DNA of 64,000 nucleotides from Squalus acanthias (taxonomy: Eukaryota). Position numbers and translations under genes: made by a program. The notes under the pieces are model-generated. The model worked only from the letters and a program-made list of their open reading frames with translations, was not told the origin of the DNA and searched no databases. This document shows, piece after piece, positions 49,825 to 63,185 of this stretch. The stretch lies in contig CM059431.1 in the NCBI GenBank assembly GCA_030390025.1, positions 137,828,001-137,892,000 of the forward strand, written 5' to 3'. Every line of letters begins with the position of its first letter. Position 1 is the stretch's first letter.

Positions 49825-51812
49825 ACCACTATAGTGTTCTAACCTGATGGTTAAAATCTACTCCATTAAACAGCCATTTCTCTATTTGTAATTTGTGGTT
49901 ATGAGCGTTAATTGGTTGGTGGGATTGTCTACATTACATTTGACTGCAACTCAAAAGTACATGAATTGTGTTATAAAATGCAAGTATTTTTCTACCTACT
50001 ATATATGTAGTATTTCCTAATTACTGTAAGATAAATGACATTTTTGACTTTTGATATTTACATTAAACCACACAGTCAGGTCCCTCGGCCCCTCGCTCTG
50101 TCGGTCTGTGGCCCAGCTAATATAGAACTCCGAATCATTATGCTTGTGTGTGCTTGTTGTTCCAATCTGGTCATTGCTGATTACAATGGATTATTGGTTC
50201 CCATCCCGTGATTTTTGACATCTGAAATACAGTGAAACTTCGCTATTTATTATACCAGAGTGAGGAGAGAAGGAAACAAACTGCATCTGGTGTGAATGTA
50301 AAATAAAACAGTGAATAATGTATAGCAGGTCAATCACCATCTGAAAAATAGTTATAAAAGAGTTACATCACAAGCAACATGACCCAAAATCTCAACCTAT
50401 CCTCGCTCCACCTAAATGCAGACGATCCTGCTCTGTATTTAGACCACGGCCTGGTTTTTAGGCCCAGAGTGATTCAGACTGTGGGGGCCTATGTGGGTCC
50501 TGTGCATTTACTGCAGTGGAGTTTCCACTGACTCACTGAAATTTCACAACTGGTTACTCTTTGAGCGGGTGGGTAAATTTGCCACTTCAAGTTCTTTATT
50601 TGACACTCTCCAGTCCCCGTGTGTAGATACAGCTGTTTCGAAATTCACCCGTCAGTGTGAAAATACCAGGAATAGCAATGGAACAGATTCTGCACTAAAT
50701 ACATCGTTACAGCAAATGTTTCCTTATTTTGGAAAGGCAGAAAACATTTAAAATAGAAGTCAGATTTTACAGGTGCACTGGCCATAGGAACCTCCCCAAT
50801 AGGAGACTCACCCTGGGTCACCCCAGAGAGTGGATATTGGTTCCTATTAGATGGTGGAATTCATCCCAGCTGAACAGACCCTGTCCCTGTCCTGAACCCA
50901 CTCTGGTTCACTTCCCAGCAGGGCCACTGGGCATTGATACTGCGCAGGAACCCTGGGTAATGTTACCCAAAACCCAGGAATACTAAGTGCAATTGTCAGG
51001 GCCCCACTGCAGCCCAGACTGAGCCCCACCCTGGGCCCTTCCTGTCTGTGCATTTCCCCAGTGCCCCATTGGGGAACATTCAGCCCCGGATATCCTGCAG
51101 AAGCAGCGCTGTGGGGCCGGGCGGCTGAGTCTCGTGACCCTGTGCCTGGGCCTCTGACCTCACAATGGGAGATGATACTCGCTCAGCTCGAGCTGGAAAC
51201 CCTTAAAGGGGCCGATAGGATTTAAACCCGGAGCGCGGCCGCTTAAAGGGGTGGGGCAGAAAAATCGGCCAAAAATGGTCATATGGAGCAGTAATGTTTA
51301 TAAATTGTAATAATCAAACTCCACTTTCAGTCCGGGTCTTGTGTCCTGCTGCAACTTCAGCTGATTCTCTCCGGTTGAACTGAACTGATTCCCCCAAAGC
51401 CTGAAAGATTCAACAGGAAATAAACAGATTGAACAACAGTGTAAATAACAGTGAGACTGGAGTTAATATTGCAATAATAATTACAGCCAAATATTACCCA
51501 TAAAAAAGTGACTGAATCCCATTAATATTTTATTTATACCACAGGCTGAATGGCATCCTTCTGCGCTGTAAATGTCTCTGATTATATAAACACTCACCGG
51601 ATCTCCCCCAGACTCCTGCAGGTCAGTATGAGGTGGCGGAGAGCAGGGACAGATCGATTTGTGAAGGAGTTTGATCCCAGGTCCAGAACCGTCAGTGACC
51701 GGTTTGTACTGAGAGCGGAGGCGAGATCCTCGGCACAAGAATCTGCGAGATCAACATTCCATAGACTGGGGATCAGAGAGAGAGAAAGAACAGGAATCAG
51801 AGTAAATCCCTA

Positions 51813-51999
51813 GGGCTAGAAATTAGTCTCGGGCGGTGGTGATAGCCGGGCGGTATCGGCTCGGCCGCCCGTTATAGGCAGCGCCTGATATTCAGTTTTA
51901 TTGCAGTCAATGGAACTGACCATCAGGCTCTGCGTATAACGGGCGGCCGATCCAGTACTGCCCGGCTTTCACCACCGCCCCAGACCAACTTCTAGGCCC
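51813..51999. mobile_element. Palindromic MITE, Harbinger-like termini
   Basis: Nearly the whole element is an inverted repeat (GGGCTAGAAATT...AACTTCTAGGCCC). Paralogous LRR introns show the empty site aaatccccagtgttt. Confidence 0.85.
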
Positions 52000-52482
52000 C
52001 AGTGTTTATCATCAGTAACATTGTTATTAATAGACACTGTACATTATTGTGTGTCAGTAATAGTGTTAACAATGTAGTGTTTATTAATATCACTGATACT
52101 ATTAATGTACAGTGTCAGACATCCAGTTATTATAAACACAATCTCACACAGTCTGGTACTTACCACAGTTTCTGTATTCTACAGTCCGGGTTCCTCAGAG
52201 CCGCAGACAGTAGTTTCACTCCTGAATCTCCCAGTTTATTATTACCCAGGTTCAGATCCGTCAGTGACCGGTTTGTACTGAGAGCGGAGGCAAGATCACC
52301 GGTATAAGAATCTGTGAGACCATTATTCCAGAGCCTGGGATCAGAAAGAATAACAGGAATCAGGGTAAATCCCCAGGTGTTTATTATTAGTATCAGGAAG
52401 TTTTATTAATAATGTACAGTGTTTCCAAATGACATTTAATGATAAACACTGTACATTATTAGTAATAGTGTTATTACAGTTA

Positions 52483-53003
52483 ATCCTTATGCGAGGAAGG
52501 ATATACTTGCCTTAGAGGCGGTGCAACAAAGGTTTACTAGATTGATTCCTGAGATGAGAGGGTTGTCCTATGAGGAGAGATAGAGTCGATTGGCCCTATG
52601 TTCTCTAGAGTTTAGAAAAATGAGAGGTGATCTGAGTGAAACATACAAGATACCGAGGGGGATTGACAGGGTAGGTGCCGAGAGGTTGTTTCCCCTGGCT
52701 GGAGAGCCTAAACTAGGGGGCATAGTCTCAGGATAAGGAGTCGGCCATTTAAGACTGAGATGAGGAGGAATTTCTTCACTCGGAGGGTTGTTAATCTTTG
52801 GAATTCTCTACCCTAAAGGGCTGTGGATACTCAGTTGTTGAGCATATTCATGACAGAGATAGACAGATTTTTGGACTCTCGGGGAATCAAGGGACAAGGG
52901 GATCGGGCGGGAAAGTGGAGTTGAGATCGAAAATCAGCCAAGATCTTATTCAATGGCGGAGCAGGCTTGAGGAGCCGTATGGCCTACTCCTGCTCCTTAT
53001 GTT
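52483..53003 (+). mobile_element. CR1 3' fragment in an LRR intron
   Basis: RKDILALEAVQQRFTRLIP..SLEFRKMRGDL; CR1 3' UTR. Confidence 0.9.
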
Positions 53004-56000
53004 ATTAATCAACACTGTACATTCATAACACTATTACTGATACTGTTAATAATGTACAGTGTTAGACATCCAGTTATTATAAACACAATCTCACACAGTC
53101 TGGTACTTACCACAGTTTCTGTATTTTACAGTCCGGGTTCTTCAGAGCCGCAGACAGTAGTTTCACTCCTGAATCTCCCAGTTCATTATAACTCAGGTCC
53201 AGAACCGTCAGTGAGCGGTTTGTGCTGAGAGTGGAGGCGAGATCCTCGGCACAAGAATCTGTGAGACCGACACCCCACAGACAGGGGATCAGAGAGAGAA
53301 ATAACATGAATCCGGGTAGATCCCCAGTGTTTATTAATAACACTATTACAGATACTAATAATAATGTAGTGTCAGACATCCAGTTATTATAAACACAATC
53401 TCACACAGTTGACACTTACTCCAATTTCTGTATTTTACAGTCCGGGTTCCTCAGAGCCGCAGACAGTAGTTTCACTCCTGAATCTCCCAGTTCATTTCCA
53501 CTCAGGTTCAGAGCCTTCAGGGACCAGTTTGTACTGAGAACGGAGACGAGATCCTCGACACAAGAAGCTGTGAGGCCAACAGCCCGTAGGCTGGGGATCA
53601 GAGAGAAGTAACAAGAATCAGGGCAAATCCCCAGTGTTTGTTAATATCAATATTGATAGTAATAATCTACAGTGTCAGACATCCAGATACTATAAACACA
53701 ATCTCACACAGTCTGGTACTTACCGCAGTTCCTGTATTTTACAGTCCGGGTTCCTCAGAGCCGCAGACAGTAGTTTCACTCCTGAATCTCCCAGTTTATT
53801 ATTACCCAGGCTCAGAACCATCAGGGACTTGTTTGTACTGAGAGCGGAGGTGAGATCCTTGGCACAAGAATCTGTGAGACCGTTATTATCCAGACTAGGG
53901 ATCAAAGAGAGAAATAACCGGAATCAGAGTAAATCCCGTACCTTTAATAAAAACACTATTACTGATAATAACTAACACTGATTATTATTAGTATCAACAC
54001 AATCTCACACAATCTGGTACTTACTCCAGTTCCTGTATTTTACAGTCCGGGTTCCTCCGAGCCACAGACAGTAGTTTCACTCCTGAATCTCCCGGTTCAG
54101 TGGTCCCCAGTCTAAACATAAACAGCCAGAGTGAAAAACAAACTGAATCAAACCCCGGATCTGATACAATTTCTCTCTCTCGGAGGAAACACTGAAGAAA
54201 CTTCAGGAAATTAATAACCAGCCTTTCCTGTCACTGACAATGAATCTTACTCTGTCCAACTCCCCACCACCTTCTGTCTCAGAGGCGCGAGTATTGCCAG
54301 CAGGGCGAAGAGATGGTGGATGTATTGGAGAGTTTTAAGGGCGGTGTCATTGATGAGTTAAGATAACATACTGACGCCCGGTGGGGAAAGCTCAGCTCGC
54401 CCACTGGCGGTTCGCTGCCTGAAAGCTGTGATTCGCTCTTTGTTACTGAATGTTTGGTGTTTCTGCTCCTCTCTCCGACACACGCTGACAGTCCGATGAC
54501 GGTCACTGGCCCTACACCTCGGGAATAGGGTGGGATGCTCCACAGACTGCTGTAGTTAGTGTCGGCCTACATGCCTGTAACAGTGAGAAGGAGCCTCTTC
54601 AATTAATGTATCTTAGGCAGTGAGAGAACAATAAATATGATTTATTGTAATTAAATTAGCAGACTCTGTGACATGTATTTGCTGAGCCGACAAAGACTAA
54701 AATTCATACTTGTTCACAAGGATCCATTTTAGATTTTCCAGTCCCTAGGGAATTACTAACCGATCCTCTTATTATTGGTCATATTTGTGTTGAATCTGCT
54801 TCTCTCTGGTTTAACTGAACTGTTTGTTTCCCTCCATTACGGAACAACAACACAATCCATGACTGTTCTACAATTCTTCCAACAGTTAGAGACAAATAAA
54901 CAGTTACCTCAACACCAGGCATTTGTGTCGTATTGGTCCCAGCCGCTGGAGTCCTTCACACTGAAAGTGGCAGTACACCAGATCAAGGTGTTTTATTGTA
55001 TCACAGAGTCCAATGACATGAGACAGGACCGCACAGTCACTCGGAGTCAGTACCAATCCACGAAATATAAGTGATTCCACAGATCCCACTGTGTCCCGAG
55101 CCAGTGTGTAATTCTGAGACTCAAACAGGTAGTGCAATGTGTTCAGGAGGTCCCTTTGACCAGTTTCCCTCTCTTTGTTCTCAATCTGTCCTTCAACCTT
55201 CTCCTTCACCCAGTCAATCACTTGGCAGGTGGTTTGATGAAGAAATGGACCCAGAAACTCCTCCAGGGGCCGAGCTGACTGTGGGGAGGAGAGACCAGCA
55301 ACAAAATGGAGAAATATCTCAAATCGCCAATCTTCCTCGCTGTGGGATTCTCTGAGGAGTTTCCGGATGTCCCCAGGATCTGGAGTCAGGAATTGTGCGA
55401 GGGCGGCTACAAACTCTTGGATGGTGAGGTGCGGGAATGTGTACACCACGCTCTGGGCAGAATCATCTCTCTCCAAAAGTTCCATCATGTACCCAGACAG
55501 GAACTGGGAAGGTTGCAGATTGTACTTGATCAAATCTCCATTTCTAAACACAATCTTCTTCTCGGAGACTCCTGTGAAGGCCAACTCACCAAGCTTCAGT
55601 AACACATCACGGGGGCTTTCAATCTCTCGGCCATGGTTTTTCAGAATGTTGTAAATATAGTAGGAATATAGTTGGGTGATGGTCTTGGGAACTCGCTGCT
55701 GATTCCTGTCTCTTTGTGTAAAGAAGGGACCCAGTGAGAGGCCGAGGATCCAGCAGTAGGAAGGGTTGTAGCACATTGTGTACAGGATCTCGTTCTCCTC
55801 CACGTGTTTGAAAACTGCTGCTGCCACCGTCTGATCTTCAAAAAACTTGTTGAAATATTCCTTCCGTTCTTCATCAACAAATCCCAGCATTTCAGCCCAG
55901 ACACTGATCTCAGCCTTTTCCAATAAATGTAATGCAGTGGGGCGGCTGGTCACTAGCACTGAACATCCTGGGAGCAGCTTGTGCTGTATTAAACTGTACA

Positions 56001-57369
56001 CAATGTCAGACACTTCACATCAGCATTCGGGATCTGTGCACATGTGCTGAGGTTCTGTATTTCTCCAATTGTCAGCAAAATCGATCCCGTCCTTGAATTC
56101 ATCCAAACCATCGAATATAAACAGCAATCCCTCTGGGTTCTTCCAGAGCTCTCCCAGAATATTCCCAAAGTAAGGATACTGATCCAGTATCAGATTCCTC
56201 AGATTAATTCTACAGTTAATTGCGTTCAAATCCCGGAATTTAAAACTGAAAACAAATTGAAAGTGTGGGTATATTTTCCCAGTGGCCCAGTCATAAACAA
56301 TCTTTTGTACCATTGTTGTTTTTCCAATCCCGCTCACTGCTGCTGAACTCCCAAAATTGGATTTTCTCCGGGAAAAACTGCCCTGGAACAATTGATCAGT
56401 TCGGATTTTCTCCAATTCTGTCCAGAGATGTTTCTCTCTGCACTCTTCGTGGTCTTGGCCTCTTGCCAGCAGTTCATGTTCTACAAGTATCCGATCTCGA
56501 ACAGTAGAAATGACCGTTAGCTCAGCGTATCGATCAACCAGCTGGAAAACCTTAACCTTCTCCTTTATTAGGATAGTGTTCACTCTCAGTGTTTCAGTTT
56601 GTACCCGGAGTGTTTCCCTGTGTTTCTGTTGAAGATCTGCACTTAGAACAGACAGAAAATGGATGTCAACGTTAGTAGCATTGACATAAAAACTTCTCAA
56701 TACCACTTTAGTATTCATTAAAATATTGCAAGAATTAATTCAGTTTCAATAGAGGTGTGTGTAGAAATTAAAACTCAAGTTAATGGAAACCTCGCTTGAA
56801 AGTGAACAATGGCCGAGAAAAGTTTCAAATCCTCTCTTGATTCTAATATTCAATGAACATGGAGAATTCGATGAAGGTGATATTTTCCTCTGATGGTTAA
56901 TACTATCCAGCCTGCCCTGTGCTGTAGACATCTCATTATAAATCCACATATGATCCTGATTATAAGACAGTAGAGGTTCTAGTGGATCAATCTTTGAATC
57001 CATCGGAAACGGGATTGGTTGCTCACCGAGAGGGACAATGTGCAGAAGATTCACTGTTACGTTTATCAGGCCTTGAGCATGTTTTCTGAGTTAGTGTGTG
57101 CACTGGGAGATGGACAGACTGTGAATGTACAGAAGTTCCACCGTTAGTGTCTCAGGTCACAGGCAGGCATTATCTGCACATCTAATCAGCTAATCACAGC
57201 AAGAATGTTATTGCAATGAGGAAAACACAGAAGAATAAGATGATCACGTGTCAGGAATTAAGGCAGAGGAAAGGGTGCGGGCGCTGGATTTGTTTTGTTT
57301 TGTTTGGAAGAAGAGACTTCAGAATAAAACTGGACAGATCATCCGGCATCGACCTCGGCTTCTGACACA

Positions 57370-57580
57370 ACGGACCTGGAAATATATCGCTGTTCCTTCA
57401 TCGTCGCTGGGTCAAAATCCTGGCACTCCCGACCAAACAGCACTATGGGAGTATCTTCACCACACGGACTGCTGCGGTTCAAGAAAGCAGCTCACCACCA
57501 CCTTCTCAAAGGCAATTAGGGATGGGCAATAAATGGTGGCCTTGCAACGACGCTCACATCCCAGGAATGAAAAAAAAAAT
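57370..57580 (+). mobile_element. LINE 3' end with poly(A), CR1/L2 superfamily (antisense copies at about 42490-42690 and 47910-47995)
   Basis: RFKKAAHHHLLKGN* followed by gggcaataaatg...atgaaaaaaaa. Confidence 0.75.
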
Positions 57581-57587
57581 CCAGCCA

Positions 57588-58148
57588 AGTGTGTATGGGA
57601 TTTTCACAGTGTATCAGGATCCTGCCAGGTGTGTATGGGGTTTCACAGTGTATCAGGATCCTGCCAGGTGTGTATGGGGTTCCACAGTGTATCAGGATCC
57701 TGCCAGGTGTGTATGGGGTTTCACAGTGTATCAGGGTCCTGCCAGGTGTGTATGGGCTTTCCCAGTGTATCAGGATCCGGCCAGGTGTGTATGGAATTTC
57801 ACAGTGCATCAGGATCCTGCCAGGTGTGTATGGAATTTCAGTGTATCAGGATCCTGCCAGGTGTGTATGGGGTTTCACAGTGTATCAGGATCCTGCCAGG
57901 TGTCTATGGGGTTTCACAGTGTATCAGGATCCTGCCAGGTGTGTATGAGGTTTCACAGTGTATCAGGATTCTGCCAGGTGTGTATGGGGTTTCACAGTGT
58001 ATCAGGATCCTGCCAGGTATGTATGGGGTTTCAGTGTATCAGGATCCTGCCAGGTGTGTATGGGGTTTCACTGTGAATCAGGATTCTGCCAGGTGTGTAT
58101 GGGGTTTCACAGTGTATCAGGATCCTGCCAGGTGTGTATGGGGTTTCA
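57588..58148. repeat. 39-bp minisatellite, about 14 copies
   Basis: Unit ggtgtgtatggggtttcacagtgtatcaggatcctgcca. Confidence 0.95.
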
Positions 58149-59584
58149 GGACTGATAGCGATCTGCACCTGGATTAACTGGAGTAACAAAAAACTACAAA
58201 TTTACAAATAATTCAGAAATCTGAGCAAATATTAACTGCAATTTATGCAGAATATTTGAAAATTGACAAATCCAAATAAACTTTTATTCTGTTTCCCCAG
58301 CCTTTGAAATTCTGATTCCCAGATTCTGACAATCTCTAAACAAACGGCTACAGTCAAACATTCTGATTCTCAGGAGTGAAATGGGTCGAGCAAATGAATT
58401 CCAGAGCGTGGGGCCTTAGGCAACTAAATGCTCCGTCACCACTAGTAGGGTGAGGGCGTGCACAAGAGGCCAGAGTCAGATGAACAGAGAATTCTAGAGT
58501 TGTGGGACTGTTGTAGGGCTGCAGAAGGTTACAGAGAAAGGGAGGGGCGAGGCCATTGTTCCAGATTCACAATATTCTCAGTTTTATCCATTTCTTTCCT
58601 ATTTGGCCTGTTTCTCTTCTGCAACATTCTATGATTCTAAGATCTGATTTCCTGTCAGTTCTGTGATGTTTGAATAATCCAAACTCATTCTGTGTCCCTC
58701 CCACTTACCCGATGTTCTTGTCCACTGAAATGCCTCTCGTATGTTAACAACGAGCTGCTCCGTCCACCCCTCCTTCAATCGTCTGTTCCAGTCTGGCCCG
58801 GTAGAATTGCGTCAACTGGAACAGCTGGTAATCGTCGCACTTTGTCAAGAGCTCAGTGATTGTCGAGTTCGGATCTGTGAACACAAATGGAGAAAACTAA
58901 ACACATTATCCACTTTCTATCCGGGCTACATTATTTCCTCTAACACCAAACAGCTGAAGCCTCCGGTGAACCACATTGTCTGACACCTGAAAACCCATAT
59001 ACACCGTAAACGTGACATTTCATCCAACTATATTGTCAACGTCTCAACAAAGCTGTATCAAATTTGTCAAATACGACTCGTCTACAGATAATCCGTTCCA
59101 GCCTCCCCTCAGCATTCCCTGTTGATCCTCGCTCCCCATTTTAACAGAGACATTGTTTGGGCTCCTTCAGGCCAACTGTGTATTTTGATATCAAAACGAG
59201 GATTGAAACATTATCTTCAGAGTCCCTCCTATCTCCTCTGACTTACTTTAATAGGCTGGGGTGCATTATCTCTGGGCTCACTGACTTATCCACCTAGGCT
59301 ATTGAACCAAGATCCAAATCCATCTCTACAGTTATCTCTAAATATGGTCGCACATCCTCCTCTAGTACACCAACATTTTCACTTCCACCATCATTTTTAG
59401 AAACTAAATAGTTTGCATCTCCCAAAACGTCATCCTCCAAAACGAGTTTCTCCAGTACCCCCTCTACCTCACCTCCACTGCTTGCTGGCCTGCAAAACCC
59501 ACCGAGAATTGTGCTGTTTCCCTTCCTATTGCTGATGTGTGTGCAAATGGATTCTCTCTTAACATAGCTCCCTGTAACATCATT

Positions 59585-59782
59585 ATGTTCTAAACCTCTC
59601 TGCCTCTCTCCTCCTTTAAGACACGCCTTAAAACCTACCTCTTTGACCAAGCTTTTTGTCACCTGCCCTAATATCGCCTTATGCGACTTTGTGTCAAATT
59701 GTGTTTGAGAACGGTCCTGTGAAGCACCTTGGGAAGTTTTACTACGTTAAAGGCACTATATAAATGCAGGTTTATTGTTGTT
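59585..59782 (+). mobile_element. L2 3' end
   Basis: ttaaaacctacctctttgaccaagctttt...ggcactatataaatgcagg(ttg)n. Confidence 0.85.
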
Positions 59783-60763
59783 CTAGCATGGTCATAGAAC
59801 CCTTTAATTAACCCCACTCCCCTGCTCTTTCCCCATTTTTTCCCTTAAGTATTTACCCAATTACTTTTTGAAAGTTATTATTGAATCTGCTTCCACCACT
59901 TTCAGGCAGTGCATTCCAGTTTACATGTTTCCTGATGTTGCCTCTGGTAATTGTGCTACTTACATAACACTCGATGCCAAATCCAATTTTTTGGAACATG
60001 GAACTGTTTTTGTTTTTATCTTAAACCAAGTGACCAGCTCTCACTACTGCAATACCGCTTTATTTTTTTCTGCTAATAATGTTTCACTATTTCATAAATC
60101 TTTTTAATTACGCTCTCATCTCAGATACAGATATTTCTCTCACTCCATTCATATCCGCTGATACACATCCACTACTCCATTCACCTTTTGTGTAAAACCA
60201 TTGTTGTTGGTCGGTACAGATCATGGCCGTCCCTTCCCTTCTCCCTGAACTCAAACCTACTGCCCCAAGAACGTGAACCCTTCCCTCCTGCTCCAGCCCT
60301 GCAGCCGCACATTGACCTGCCTCATAATTCCCTCCATAAGTGGCTCAGTGCAAAACAATCCGGAGATCATCACCTTGAGGCCTTGTTTTTTTTTTCTAGA
60401 GCCTTCGGGTTAGAAATTAGGTCGCGCCCCATTTGGGGCGCAAATATCGTCCGCGCGCAAATATTAGCGCCTGGCGCTAATTATCGGCACTGACAGGAAA
60501 CTTCACTTTTACCGCCCCGGGAGGTGAGTGGAGCGCTAAATTAGGCGCTGCACACCTCTCTTAAGGCGCAAAGGCCTAGGAGTGAGGCGCTACCTCAGCG
60601 CACGAGCGCAGCGCAGCTGCTGCCAGTTAGCGAGGGAACACAGACACACTGGCGCCGGACACTTCTTAAAGCGGGGGGGGCCACTTGCTCCCCAGCCACA
60701 CCCTGCTCATTGCAGCCTTGAATCTCAGCCTGGAGAGACCTGTAATCCATTTTGCTGCCAAGC

Positions 60764-62891
60764 ATGGAGAGGGTGAGAGAACGCGCTCATCGCTTCACCG
60801 AGCGGGCCTTGGATGCTCTGGTTGACGCAGTGGAGCGCAGACGATGCATGCTGTTCCCGGAGAGTGGCAGGAGGCCTTTGCCACGCGAGTTCAGAAGAGT
60901 GTGGAGGGAGGTGGCTCAGAGCGTCTCCTCCAGGAGCATGGTGCCCAGGACCCATGTCCAGTGCCGCAAAAAGTTCAACGACCTCACTCGGGTCGTCAGG
61001 GTGAGTGGCTTTTTCTCAATACCTCTCCATCCCTCCATCTCAACCTCACTCTATGGCCAGAGGGTCTTAAAACCCCAATGCACAACACTCATGCAACACC
61101 TATGGCCCTTTCATCAAACACACACACACATTCCACACTTTGCATACAGTAAGGGCTATTCACCTATGGGAGGCACATCAGGCAAGACCATGGCTGCATA
61201 CAGTAAGGGCTATTCACCTATGGGAGGCACATCAGGCAAGACCATGGCTGCATACAGTAAGGGCTATTCACCTATGGGAGGCACATCAGGCAAGACCATG
61301 GCTGCATACAGTAAGGGCTATTCACCTATGGGAGGCACATCAGGCAAGACCATGGCTGCATATTGTAAGGGCTATTCACCTATGGGAGGCACATCAGGCA
61401 AGACCATGGCTGCATATTGTAAGGGCTATTCACCTATGGGAGGCACATCAGGCATGACCATGGCTGCATATTGACTCAGATGCTGTCCTTTTTCTTGCAG
61501 GCTAAGCTGGCTCATAATCGGAGACAGCAGCAACAGACGGGTGGAGGGCGGCTTCAGCTGCAACCCCTCAGCGATCTGGAGGAGCGCGTCCACAGGATTG
61601 TGGCAAGCCGGGTGATCGGTCCCGTCGCCACTGGAGACGCCGACCCCGTTGTGGACAGCAATGGTAAGGTCATCACCTTTTTGTCCTCTGTCCTTCCACT
61701 TGTCCCTCACAATACCAGCCTTTGACACTTTCAATCCAACTTGCTAACTCGCTGCACTTATTCCTCCCTTACTGCCACCCTGTCCTCACGCTAAAGCCAC
61801 TCTTGTACCTCCCTGCTTTCAGATGGTGATTCACCAGCTGAGGAGATGGTCCCTGAAGCTGCCACTGGGAGTGATGCTGCAGCTGAGGAGGAAGAGGAAG
61901 CCGGAGCATCAGTGCCACCCTCTCCCGAGGAAGCCCATGGCCACACTGGGAACACGCCTTCCCCAGAGGGGAGCAGGGGGGAAGGGGCTGATGATGGTGA
62001 AGTTCCAGGACCCAGCGGGCTGCAGCAACGCCATTGGGGGGGGGGAGGGAAGAACGGGGGAGCAGGGGGGAAGGGGCTGATGATGGTGAAGTTCCAGGAC
62101 CCAGCGGGCTGCAGCAACGCCATGGGGGGGGGAGGGAAGAACGGGAGCCTTCTCCCCAGAGGGAGAGTATGCCAGACACTCCTAATGCAATGGACGCAGA
62201 GGAGGAGCGGCTGATTGCAGAAATGAACAGCCAGGCGGTGGTCATGCACACTGAGCTCATGGGTGCAGTGGGAAGGGTGCCCGAATGCATTGAGGCACTG
62301 GCAAGGAGTGTGGAGCACTTCGCTGTAGCACAGGCGGATGCCACACTAAAGCTTACTGCTGCAATTCAGTCACTGGCTGCCAGGAACCCATCTGAGCCTG
62401 CTCTCATGCAGACTCAGATTGAGGCCACGCGAGCACTGACTGCTGCCATCCTCGATGGTTCGTGCACATGTCCCCGGGGCTGTCACCGCGCCGCAGCAGG
62501 CCAGCAATCTGTTCTCCGGCAAATTGCTCCGGATGCTGAAGTGCTGCCCCGTGGGAGTGCCAGTGTGTCGGGCGAGCAGAGAGTTGCTGTCCTCTCTCAC
62601 GATGACAGCATTCCTGCTGCCAACACTGTCAGTTCTCCACTGCACTTGCCACCGCCTGTAGGACAGACTGCTGCCGCCCATGCAGAGTTGGTGCAGTCTG
62701 CAGCCGGGCCCTCCAGGCCCAGAAGTGGTCGAGGCCGTCCTTCAGGGGCATCTGCAGTGTCAGGGTCTGACAAGCAGCAGCCTTCCACCAGCCTTGCTGC
62801 AGCCACTGAGGTCCCATTACGGAGGAGCAGTAGGGTTAGAAGGGGGGAAGTGCGCAAGGGAAGGAGATCACCCTCGAAGGGCAAAAAGTAG
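60764..62891 (+). CDS. Harbinger Myb/SANT-like DNA-binding protein; exons 60764-61000, 61501-61663, 61823-62891, with a frameshift near 62035
   Basis: RFTERALDALVDAV..WREVAQSV..RTHVQCRKKFNDL|AKLAHNRRQQQQTGGG..LSDLEERV. Canonical GT/AG sites, phases 0 and 1. AATAAA near 63069. Confidence 0.85.
61141..61473. repeat. 54-bp tandem repeat, about 6 copies, in intron 1 of the Myb-like gene
   Basis: Near-identical gcatacagtaagggctattcacctatgggaggcacatcaggcaagaccatggct. Confidence 0.97.
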
Positions 62892-63185
62892 GAGGTGTGC
62901 CAAAATGCTGGTCATTTTTTTATTAAAGGCCGAGGTTCATGGCCCAACTTTTGTTTAGTGTTTTGGACATTATCTCCAGGTTGTGAGAACCAGTTATGTT
63001 ATTGACTGTTTTTTTGTGTTTATTTCTATGAGTTTGTCATGAGGAATTGACACACACAGAGTTTGTACAATAAATAAGTTTCTGTATTCAAAATATACAT
63101 GGCTGGTGGTTGGAATTATTGGTGCCTTGGCCGGCTTAGGGGTTGCGTGCTGGGTTGATTCGTGTTTGTAGCACTGGCAGGGGCC

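Larger units (their letters stand above)
51298..58874 (-). pseudogene. NACHT-LRR (NLRP3/NLRC3-like, shark-type) pseudogene
   Basis: Exons 58874-58709 (death-fold-like, frameshifted), 56636-54908 (NACHT; TGA at 56022-56020; shortened Walker A SGIGKTT; Walker B LLFIFDGLDE), 54111-54025, 53894-53724, 53590-53420, 53281-53111 (TG acceptor), 52334-52164, 51765-51598, 51400-51298 (stop). Confidence 0.9.

Noticed and set aside
50176..50235. Possible extra terminal NLR exon
   Set aside because: The NLR frame already stops at 51298 and no donor links to it.
57516..58177. Repetitive Cys-rich ORFs
   Set aside because: Translations of an intronic 39-bp minisatellite with frame-breaking 37-bp units.
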